A stretch of DNA of 61,691 nucleotides, the filler included, from Syncephalis fuscata S228 (taxonomy: Eukaryota; Fungi; Zoopagomycota), in the NCBI GenBank assembly GCA_025786725.1. It is 5 parts of 5 records of this genome, joined end to end, with 100 filler letters (N's around TTAATTAATTAA, not from the genome) between each part and the next. Parts side by side here need not be neighbours in the genome. Positions count along the whole stretch, not along the records: positions 38,633 to 48,542 come from JAHLTZ010000302.1; positions 48,643 to 58,655 come from JAHLTZ010000299.1; 3 more parts are not named here. The stretch is one strand, 5' to 3'. The position numbers were made by a program, and so were the translations under genes. Positions 38,633 through 48,818 of this stretch are shown one piece after another (the first letter of the stretch is position 1; each line of letters begins with the position of its first letter). The notes under the pieces were generated by a model that was given only the letters and a program-made list of their open reading frames with translations, made no database searches and was not told the origin of the DNA.

Positions 38633-39831
38633 ATATTGCTCTTGATAATTTTATTCATTTCTTGCTGTTATTAGCAATAAATGTAATTTTCTGCTAATTT
38701 ATTATCTGCTCATGCATAAAAGATATAATCATGCTCTGTTTATTTTGTATCCATGCTGACATCTTATTATAAATAACGCTAAGTCATATTTTTATAAATT
38801 TTTTGATGAATTGCAAAAAGTATATAATCAAGTTTGTGATCTGATTTGTGTTTAGTCAAGCAATAAAAGTAAGTGAATAACATAAAAAATTTTAGTTTAG
38901 TTATAACTACTATCAACAAATTGATACAATGTATTTTAGCTAAAGCAATCTTGAAATTAAGCTAATAATGTGAGTAAAAATAAACAATTATTATTATTTA
39001 TTGCATTATGGTTAATTTTACTTCGACTCTTACACCTTAAATCCCCAAAGGAAAATTCGTTCCAATTGAAGTCATGCCATTATTATGCACAACATAGCTA
39101 TATTCCCTATTAAAATATTGTTAATAAATTAATTTAAATAAACAATGTAACATACCATTTGATTTCATTGAAACATTTGAGGTCGATTATTATGTTGTTG
39201 GCCATGTGTAGAAAGATTGATTGAATATTAATAGAAGCCATATAATTGCAATTCCATGTCGTTCCGTATTGGTTGCTGTTGCATCTATGTACAGCATGGA
39301 TTATTGCATTTGAATAGCCTTTTCTATTTTCTAAATATTTTATATATTGCATTTTGAGCATATTTATGATGTAAGATCAGTATTAATATAATTAGTATAA
39401 AAGTCGTTTATTAAATAGCTACTTTCCCTATAGTCGATCTGATTAAATAATGACATTTTGAACAATAAATATCATAATAACAATATATATATTAAGACAA
39501 TAATAAAAATAACTAATTAATTATATTATTGTACTGATATATACATGAATCAATTAACTAATTCTAACGACTGTGGCAGTATTTAAATTCATATAGTAAT
39601 ATATACCAACATTACTTACTATACTATTAGAGATTGTACAACTTTAATAGCGCACACATATCAATAGCTGTATTTACACCACAATCTAATGCAGTTACTA
39701 AAACTAACATGTGTAAATACATGGCGATGCAGCTCAAGTTCTAAAGCTGAGAAAGTTATTTTAAAACTGTTTTTATTTAAAACCATGCAGTAATAGCATA
39801 GTTAGAGTCATTATAAAACAACCAATCCAAT

Positions 39832-41163
39832 TTAGACAATTAGACTAGCATAAGTAAACAGTTCACTATCAGCAATAAACTGCTCATAGTAATTTTTGTC
39901 AACACCAAGACAAATGTCAAATCCACTTTTACCTGTTTGAGGACAAGGTGGTGATTCAAATATGGTACCGACAAGTCCATTGGGATAGGTGAATCGCCGA
40001 CAACATGTCGGATTGCCATATCCAAAGTTCATGCCTGTATAATAATCAAATTTAGACCAGTCGGTAGTAAAAATGTCTATGCTACTTTTCCAGCTGCTCT
40101 CTCTGTTGATGGCCGATTCAGATTCGTCATCATTTGCCCACACAATCCATTCGTCTTTGCTGGTTTTTTGCGTCATTGCAATCGCTTTGCGGCGTGCCAT
40201 GGCTACACTGCCAAGTGAATTATTTACTATATCACTGGCAATCATTGGAAATAGCGATGTTTCAACCGCATTGCCAAAATAGTTGGACGGAAGTCCTTTC
40301 AAATATTTACGCATACTAAATGCCGCAACATCACGCAGCAGTGTTTCCCCTGGAACTTGCCGTGCTCTGATGGCCGCCCGCCAAACAACCACTAAAACAA
40401 CATCAAGCGTGGAGAACCATCCACTATTGCGTTCTTTTTCACTAAGCGAATCTATGGCCATCTGCTTTAGCTGTGTAAGCTTCTCCGGACTAAATCGAAA
40501 CAAAACTGTATCTCTAGGACTATCCCACATAGCATAATATTGTTGGGTGTCCGGACTAGATAATGGCTTCTTTAACAAATGTCTAAGATCAAGGCCTAAT
40601 TTTAGGAACTCTCGATTATGATTTGGTGGCAACGGGCTTTCTCCTCGTGTAAATGCCGCCCATGATTTCATAAACATTAGCCAGCCGTGTCCATCTGCAA
40701 CATTATGGTGTGTTGATAGACACATCACAACGCCCGAGTTATTTGCAAACCGTGTAACACGAATGGTAAGCGGTCGATCTTTCGCATCATTCCATGAAGC
40801 GGCTTGCCACTCTGGCCGGATACTGCTTTGTGGCCAGTCTGGATTAAACATAGAAATGTCATCTTCGCAGTAAGACTCCAAATAAAGAACGCCTTTGTCT
40901 GTACACTGGATTACGTAGTCGTGATTCTCAAGGCACACCAATCGACCGGCAGCCATAGGATATTGTTCAACTGCTTTTTGAAGTCCTTCGACTAGCGTAT
41001 TAGTTGACATGAAATCTGCCGCTTGCTCATGATTTTTATAAAAGAAAACTTGCTGTATATGTGTTGGAGGGGGGATATAGTCCGTATCGCTAAGATGATA
41101 CGTAGTATTGCTATGGTTATTGTTTGGCGCGACCAGAATTTCAATTTTATTAACAACAGTCAT
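39832..41163 (-). CDS. BAHD / Tri101-like acyl-CoA-dependent acyltransferase (paralog 1), intronless
   Basis: YPMAAGRL; catalytic HxxxD as HNVADG; NYFGNAV; DFGWG-like NFGYG. Likely start MTVVNK at 41163, by alignment to the paralogs. Confidence 0.88.
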   Translation of the reverse strand: MTVVNKIEILVAPNNNHSNTTYHLSDTDYIPPPTHIQQVFFYKNHEQAADFMSTNTLVEGLQKAVEQYPMAAGRLVCLENHDYVIQCTDKGVLYLESYCEDDISMFNPDWPQSSIRPEWQAASWNDAKDRPLTIRVTRFANNSGVVMCLSTHHNVADGHGWLMFMKSWAAFTRGESPLPPNHNREFLKLGLDLRHLLKKPLSSPDTQQYYAMWDSPRDTVLFRFSPEKLTQLKQMAIDSLSEKERNSGWFSTLDVVLVVVWRAAIRARQVPGETLLRDVAAFSMRKYLKGLPSNYFGNAVETSLFPMIASDIVNNSLGSVAMARRKAIAMTQKTSKDEWIVWANDDESESAINRESSWKSSIDIFTTDWSKFDYYTGMNFGYGNPTCCRRFTYPNGLVGTIFESPPCPQTGKSGFDICLGVDKNYYEQFIADSELFTYASLIV

Positions 41164-42658
41164 GGTGAAATGATAGAACGAATGAGTATGGGAAGCGACG
41201 ATGCTCGACAAGCTGGTGTTTTAATCATATGCACCTCAACAGGTTTATGCAATAGAGCAGGTTTTGTAACAAAAATGCAAAGTTGCAGTGCAAATAATTT
41301 GAAATACACACTTTTAACACAATTAAGTGGTGCTTTTATATATTACTAGCTTTATAAAATTGATTTATTGTTTATAATGATAATTTGAATTAGAAAGATA
41401 AAAAACATTGAAAGGTGCTTGTATTTAATGGTTGGCTAATAATAATATTTTGTTAAAATGTTGTACCGCGTGTTTTCTTCAATCATTTATAGTCTTCAAC
41501 ATAAATGATCCAGCTGGTAATGGCGTCATTGTAAATCACATAACAGCCACAACTATAAAGATAGACATGAAACGAACTATTTGGAAAAATCACGCGCTGA
41601 TAATAGCGAATTCTCAATTATCGACTGTCTTGATATGTTAAAAAGTATAAATTTGATTGATTCCAATTGACTCAAGTTTGGCTATTATATATTTGTATTT
41701 GGTAATGGCTATAATGAGCGTTGTTATCAATTCTTTACTATTATTTTTGGTTTATGGTTATTATATTCTTTTAGTATAAATAAATTCATACAAAAATAAG
41801 ATCGGCATCTGCATCGTCTTTAAAAACAAATCTTACGCAGTCTGTTAGCTAAAAAAATGATAGCATATTACTAAGTTTTGATGGATATCCAGCAATATTA
41901 TTAGTAACTAAGCAAGTAGTAGTATATAAGTTTTTATTCTGTATATATATTCAAATTTAATTATTATTCAGTAGATTCATTCAGTAAATTTAAATTTGAC
42001 ATGACTGATACATTTATTCCAATATTTACTTAAACTTTGAATAGAAATAGCAAAAGATTCTGCTTGTGTTGTGCCAAAAATTGCTATGAAAATATAGCTG
42101 ATTACACCAGCCAGTAGCTATAAATGCTTGGCATCAAAAGTCCAATTATGTGATATCTATCTTATAGGTCGTGCAATTCTGCGCGCAATCTCACATACGT
42201 TAAAAATAATGATAAAATGTATCAGCCTTGTATAAATTAGTCAATATTGCTAGCTGCGTGCACAATTTTTCCGTACCGTTTAGAGCCCAAGGCCTTAGCA
42301 GCAACACAAAGAAACATGACTGCTTCTAGTATTGAGTCATTCGGTCGGTAAATCTAATTTATTGTTAAATCAACGCAGCTATTAGATAAAACAATCATAA
42401 AAATAAATTCATTGTTTTAATAGTTATTTTATTCGGCTATTACGTGATTTTACTTGAGTCATATTATGTATTTTGCAATGGGTCTTATCAGCGTGTTCTC
42501 ATAGGTCAACGTGATGACACAGCAAGCATCAATCATGTGCATATTACAAATTTGGTTTTTTGGCTTAAAGGTAAATTATCTTTATAAGAAACCAAAAAAA
42601 ACAGTATGGTAGATATTGCTATTATACTCCACTGCCATCTTTATTCCATCGTTCGAAT

Positions 42659-43987
42659 ATGACCTTAAACGCTATCGTTGACACTTTGGTCAATTCAAGA
42701 AATGGCCACACACAAACCAAGTACGAATTAAGTGACACTGATTACATTGCTGGCCGATTTCACACGCAGCGAGTTTTTTTTTATAAAAACCATGAAAATA
42801 CAGCAGATTTCATGCCTACTGAAAAGTTGATTAGTGCGCTGCAGAAAACAATCGAGCAATATCCTATTGTTGCCGGCCGATTGGTATCCATTGGAAACGA
42901 CCAATACGAGGTGCAATCACTTGATGAAGGTGTGCCATACCGGGAATCATATTGTGAAAATGATATTTCAGCATATAATCAGAACTGGCCAGATAGCAGT
43001 ATTTCACCTGAATGGCAAGCTGTCTTTGCAAACGAAGCAGAAGCCATACCGACAGTTATACATGTCACACGATTTGCAAATAACTCGGGATTAGTAATTT
43101 GTCAGGCTGGAAATCATTACATTGCTGATGGTACTGGTTGGTCAATATTTTTAAAAACATGGGCGGCATTTGCACGAGGAGAGACACCGCCTCCACCAAA
43201 TAATAATCGAAAATTACTACAGCTTGAACCTGAATTAAAACATGTATTGAGGAAACCAAGACTAAATCAGTTTGAGGAATTATACAAGGCTATAACAAGT
43301 GTTTCTAGACAGCCAGCACTACTTCGATTTAGCCCGGAGAGCCTTACACAGTTGAAACAAGCGGCCATCGACTCACTCAGTGAGGATGAACGTGGTACTG
43401 GATGGTTTTCTACCCTGGATGTTGTTTTGAGCTTAATATGGCGCGCAAATACTAAAATTCAGCAAGTTCCACCAGAAAAATTACTGGCCGGATGTGGATC
43501 TTTTAATATGCGAACTTGTCTCGATACTATTCCGGATAACTATTTTGGCAACGTAATCGATGCAACAATGCTAGAGATAACAGCAGGTGATTTATTAAAT
43601 AAATCGCTTGGTAGTGTAGCTTTAGCACATCGTCAATCGCTTATTGTTAGGAAGAGAAGCGATGCCAAAGAATGGATCATATGGGCAAATACTGAAGATG
43701 CAGTTTCGTCAATTAATAGGGCATGTTGTAAAACAGACTTTAATTTTATTAGTTCAGATTTGTCCAAATGTAACTATTATGCTAAAATGGATTTTGGTAA
43801 TGGTGGTCCAGCCTGCTGTAGACGATATATACCGTCTAATGCATTTTTCACCATTATTTACGAGGCACCGCCTTGTTCAAAAACAGGAAAAAGTGGTCTT
43901 GATATAACCGTCATGGTTGAAACCAAATTCTATGAAGATTTTATTAAGAACAGCGAGCTATTTATCTATGCTCAATTACTTGAATAA
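42659..43987 (+). CDS. BAHD / Tri101-like acyltransferase (paralog 2), intronless
   Basis: YPIVAGRL; HYIADG; NYFGNVI; DFGNG. Confidence 0.88.
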   Translation: MTLNAIVDTLVNSRNGHTQTKYELSDTDYIAGRFHTQRVFFYKNHENTADFMPTEKLISALQKTIEQYPIVAGRLVSIGNDQYEVQSLDEGVPYRESYCENDISAYNQNWPDSSISPEWQAVFANEAEAIPTVIHVTRFANNSGLVICQAGNHYIADGTGWSIFLKTWAAFARGETPPPPNNNRKLLQLEPELKHVLRKPRLNQFEELYKAITSVSRQPALLRFSPESLTQLKQAAIDSLSEDERGTGWFSTLDVVLSLIWRANTKIQQVPPEKLLAGCGSFNMRTCLDTIPDNYFGNVIDATMLEITAGDLLNKSLGSVALAHRQSLIVRKRSDAKEWIIWANTEDAVSSINRACCKTDFNFISSDLSKCNYYAKMDFGNGGPACCRRYIPSNAFFTIIYEAPPCSKTGKSGLDITVMVETKFYEDFIKNSELFIYAQLLE

Positions 43988-45089
43988 ATAGTTTATAGCA
44001 AGTTTTGCCAACAAATATAAATTAACTAAAATCGTTGTAGCCCTAATGGATATCAATAATATTTTATACTCAATTGCTTATACGATACTGGCTTGATTAA
44101 GTATTACCTGCTTTCTTATTGAGCAGTTGTTTAATAAATGTGCACTCAGCTTGACACAATATACTTGATTTAATAAGTATTTATAATAAAAACTTTTTAT
44201 TAGCCAGCGATTACTACAGTTCTTGTCGACTTGTATGGTTTACGATGATTTATGTGATAAATAAATTATATAATGTGTTTGCGATATTTGCTTATTTTGT
44301 GGTCATACAATCTAATTAGTATAATTATTATTGCATTTATAATAATATGTTGAAAGTAAAAACTCGTTACTTTCAACCGACTTATACTTGATTACTGAAC
44401 AATGAGTTTATTTGGCTCAATTAAATTTAATATAGCTAATACATTTATTCCAATATTTACTTAAACTTTGAATAGAAATAGCAAAAGATTGTGCTTGTGT
44501 TGTGCCAAAAATTGCTATGAAAATATAGCTGATTACACCAGCCAGTAGCTATAAATGCTTGGCATCAAAAGTCCAATTATGTGATATCTATCTTATAGGT
44601 CGTGCAATTCTGCGCGCAATCTCACATACGTTAAAAATAATGATAAAATGTATCAGCCTTGTATAAATTAGTCAATATTGCTAGCTGCGTGCACAATTTT
44701 TCCGTACCGTTTAGAGCCCAAGGCCTTAGCAGCAACACAAAGAAACATGACTGCTTCTAGTATTGAGTCATTCGGTCGGTAAATCTAATTTATTGTTAAA
44801 TCAACGCAGCTATTAGATAAAACAATCATAAAAATAAATTCATTGTTTTAATAGTTATTTTATTCGGCTATTACGTGATTTTACTTGAGTCATATTATGT
44901 ATTTTGCAATGGGTCTTATCAGCGTGTTCTCATAGGTCAACGTGATGACACAGCAAGCATCAATCATGTGCATATTACAAATTTGGTTTTTTGGCTTAAA
45001 GGTAAATTATCTTTATAAGAAACCAAAAAAAACAGTATGGTAGATATTGCTATTATACTCCACTGCCATCTTTATTCCATCGTTCGAAT

Positions 45090-46418
45090 ATGACCTTAAA
45101 CGCTATCGTTGACACTTTGGTCAATTCAAGAAATGGCCACACACAAACCAAGTACGAATTAAGTGACACTGATTACATTGCTGGCCGATTTCACACGCAG
45201 CGAGTTTTTTTTTATAAAAACCATGAAAATACAGCAGATTTCATGCCTACTGAAAAGTTGATTAGTGCGCTGCAGAAAACAATCGAGCAATATCCTATTG
45301 TTGCCGGCCGATTGGTATCCATTGGAAACGACCAATACGAGGTGCAATCACTTGATGAAGGTGTGCCATACCGGGAATCATATTGTGAAAATGATATTTC
45401 AGCATATAATCAGAACTGGCCAGATAGCAGTATTTCACCTGAATGGCAAGCTGTCTTTGCAAACGAAGCAGAAGCCATACCGACAGTTATACATGTCACA
45501 CGATTTGCAAATAACTCGGGATTAGTAATTTGTCAGGCTGGAAATCATTACATTGCTGATGGTACTGGTTGGTCAATATTTTTAAAAACATGGGCGGCAT
45601 TTGCACGAGGAGAGACACCGCCTCCACCAAATAATAATCGAAAATTACTACAGCTTGAACCTGAATTAAAACATGTATTGAGGAAACCAAGACTAAATCA
45701 GTTTGAGGAATTATGCAAGGCTATAACAAGTGTTTCTAGACAGCCAGCACTACTTCGATTTAGCCCGGAGAGCCTTACACAGTTGAAACAAGCGGCCATC
45801 GACTCACTCAGTGAGGATGAACGTGGTACTGGATGGTTTTCTACCCTGGATGTTGTTTTGAGCTTAATATGGCGCGTAAATACTAAAATTCGGCAAATTC
45901 CACCAGAAAAATTGCTAAATGGATGTGATACTTTTAATATGCGAACTTGTCTCGATACTATTCCGGATAACTATTTTGGCAACGTAATCGATGCAACAAT
46001 GCTAGAGATAACAGCAGGTGATTTATTAAATAAATCGCTTGGTAGTGTAGCTTTAGCACATCGTCAATCGCTTATTGTTAGGGAGAGAAGCGATGCCAAA
46101 GAATGGATCATATGGGCAAATACTGAAGATGCAGTTTCACCAATTAATAGGGCATGTTGTAAAACAGACTCTGATTTTATTAGTTCAGATTTGTCCAAAT
46201 GTAACTATTATGCTAAAATGGATTTTGGTGATGGTAGTCTAACCTGCTGTAGACGATATATACCGTCCAATGCACTTATCACCATTATTCATGAGGCACC
46301 ACCTTGTCCAAAAACAGGAAAGAGCGGATTTGATATCACCGTCATGGTTGAAACCGAATTCTATGAAGATTTTGTCAAAAACAATCAATTGTTTACCTAT
46401 GCTCAATTACTTGAATAA
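45090..46418 (+). CDS. BAHD / Tri101-like acyltransferase (paralog 3), intronless
   Basis: Near-identical to paralog 2; HYIADG; DFGDG. Confidence 0.88.
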   Translation: MTLNAIVDTLVNSRNGHTQTKYELSDTDYIAGRFHTQRVFFYKNHENTADFMPTEKLISALQKTIEQYPIVAGRLVSIGNDQYEVQSLDEGVPYRESYCENDISAYNQNWPDSSISPEWQAVFANEAEAIPTVIHVTRFANNSGLVICQAGNHYIADGTGWSIFLKTWAAFARGETPPPPNNNRKLLQLEPELKHVLRKPRLNQFEELCKAITSVSRQPALLRFSPESLTQLKQAAIDSLSEDERGTGWFSTLDVVLSLIWRVNTKIRQIPPEKLLNGCDTFNMRTCLDTIPDNYFGNVIDATMLEITAGDLLNKSLGSVALAHRQSLIVRERSDAKEWIIWANTEDAVSPINRACCKTDSDFISSDLSKCNYYAKMDFGDGSLTCCRRYIPSNALITIIHEAPPCPKTGKSGFDITVMVETEFYEDFVKNNQLFTYAQLLE

Positions 46419-47261
46419 ATAGCGCACAGTAGATTTTATTAATACGTATAAATTAGTCAAAATGATTTCTTATTAAATACTTATTTTAAAACGACTTTAA
46501 TTGTAGTGGATATTAATGGAGCATTCAAATCTAGAAATACTAGATATAATAAACAAACATGTAATAAGTAAAGTGACAAAAATAATTGTTTAATTAATAG
46601 ATGGCATAATATGTGTATGATAAGCTTAATAGCACAAAGCAAATAGGATAAATATATCACAATTATTGAAAATGTAGAACCACTGATCTTATAGCTAAAG
46701 TGACGCATTAACACGTTTGTTTATTGTGTGTTATTCATAATGCTGTAGAATCAATTGAATTGATACATTATTGAATTATGTGTAGACTATGCTTCTTGAT
46801 CGATACTAAATGTTTTGTCAGATCCAAACTGAAGCTAACGATCAGCACACCATATGGCGCTTTTTTTAATACCTTAAAGAGTAGACACTATCATTAAGAC
46901 TATGCTTATTTTACTTTTGTGCATTGTTGAACACTGAGCAAATAGAACATTCTCTGGTGCTACATTATGCAGCAGCATGTAAAAAGTATAGGCGAGATTG
47001 CAGCAGAATACTATTTCATTACCTGTTTTTTTACTCCATTTCCGGTAATAATTGGTCGTTTACTCAAACACACTCGGGCAGCAAAGAATAATCAGTAAGT
47101 TAAACCATGTGCTACATGTGTATACCATACTATTTAAACTTGCTCGATTTCAAGTTGCCTACCTATATACAAATGTATTGGCCTTTTTATCATATTACTC
47201 AATAATTGAATTGGATATACCATTTATCTTATACGTTCTTTCATATTTTATTCTAATAGCT

Positions 47262-48542
47262 ATGCAGGTAGAAAATACGATTGAAGTCTACATTACTCCA
47301 AAAAGTGTTTCTGTGGATAGCAAATATCAATTTAGCGACGTAGAATATATTATCGGTGCTGTACATACACAGCGATTCTTCTTTTATAAAAATCATGAAC
47401 AAACAGTGGATTTTATGTCTACGGAGAAGCTGATTGATGGTTTGCAAAAACAGTTGAGCAATATCCTATGGTTGCCGGCCGATTGGTTTGTGTTGGAAAT
47501 GATGATTATGAAATTCACTCTCTTGGTAAGGGCGTACCATACAAAGAATCCCATTGCGAAAAGGACATATCAGCGTTTAATCAGAATTGGCCAGAAAGCA
47601 ACATACCACTTGAGTGCAGGCCGTGCCTTGGGGTGAAGGAGCTGATCTACCGGTTGCTATTCATGTTACAAGATTTGCAAACAATTCAGGACTTGTCATG
47701 TGCGTCTCAGGAAGCCATCTCGTATCAGACGGATCTGGATGGACGATGTTTATTAAAGCATGGGCGACATTCACACGAGGAGAGATACCATTGCCGCCAA
47801 ATCATAACCGACAACTCTTGCGGCTAGATTCTAAATTACGGCATCTATTGAAAACGCCATTACCAGATTTAGCTAATAAGCAATATGAAAGAATAGTTGG
47901 TATTTCTCGAAGGCCTATATTACTCAAATTTAAGCCAGAAAGTCTTGCACGACTAAAGCAACAAGCCATGGACTCACTTAGTGACGACGAGCGCAGTGCC
48001 GGATGGTTTTCCACGCTTGATGTCGTTACGGCACTAATCTGGCGAACAACAGTTAAAATTCGCCAACTTCCAGCAGACGAAATTCTAGGAATGCAAAGCT
48101 TAACTAATATGCGTAGCAAATTAAAGAATTTCCCAAATAACTTTTTTGGCAATTCGGTTGATGGGTCAATACTGGTAATGGCAGCGAGCGATATATTAAA
48201 TAGTTCACTTGGCACTATAGCTTTGGCGAATCGCCAAGTGCTCAAAGTAGTGGACCAAATGACTGCGGAAGAATGGATCTTATGGGGAAACTCTGATAAT
48301 GCCCGATCAATAATCAGCCGAGGACTTGAACAAAAGGATATTGATTTCCTTACCACTGACTGGAGCAAGTTTGGCTACTATACCGAAATGAACTTTGGCA
48401 ATGACAATCCTGTCTGCTATCGACGATATGCATATCCCAATGTAAAGCTCAGTACTATAATGGAAGGTTCATTATGCTTGAAAACAGGTAAACGTGAAAT
48501 TTTAGTTTCATTATGGTCGAGGACAGCTGGTATGAAAGCTTT
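47262..48542 (+). pseudogene. BAHD acyltransferase paralog 4, frameshifted (pseudogene or sequencing error), runs into the gap
   Basis: Homology runs across three frames, with single-base deletions near 47446-47450 (A run) and 47615 (EWQA codons). HLVSDG, NFFGNSV and NFGND motifs are retained. Confidence 0.7.
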
Positions 48543-48642
48543 NNNNNNNNNNNNNNNNNNNNNNNNNNNNNNNNNNNNNNNNNNNNTTAATTAATTAANN
48601 NNNNNNNNNNNNNNNNNNNNNNNNNNNNNNNNNNNNNNNNNN
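48543..48642. other. Assembly gap / contig spacer
   Basis: 100-nt N-run with central TTAATTAATTAA. Confidence 0.97.
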
Positions 48643-48818
48643 ATATAATGATTTTATTGATTAAAAGGCGAATAAACCGAAAGACTGGCTGAAACTTGAT
48701 GTATGAAAGAACTGGACAGCAGATGTAGAATGGTCTTGTTCTCCACTTAACGTATACCTAAAGTATGTTGAACTAGCAGTCAATCATACTGCCAATGCCA
48801 ATGTCTTGAATGTAACGG

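Larger units (their letters stand above)
42008..46421 (+). repeat. Direct segmental duplication, offset 2431 bp (about 42008-43990 vs 44439-46421), covering promoter and BAHD CDS
   Basis: Near-identical ~650-bp upstream region and 5' CDS; the 3' third is more diverged. Confidence 0.93.
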
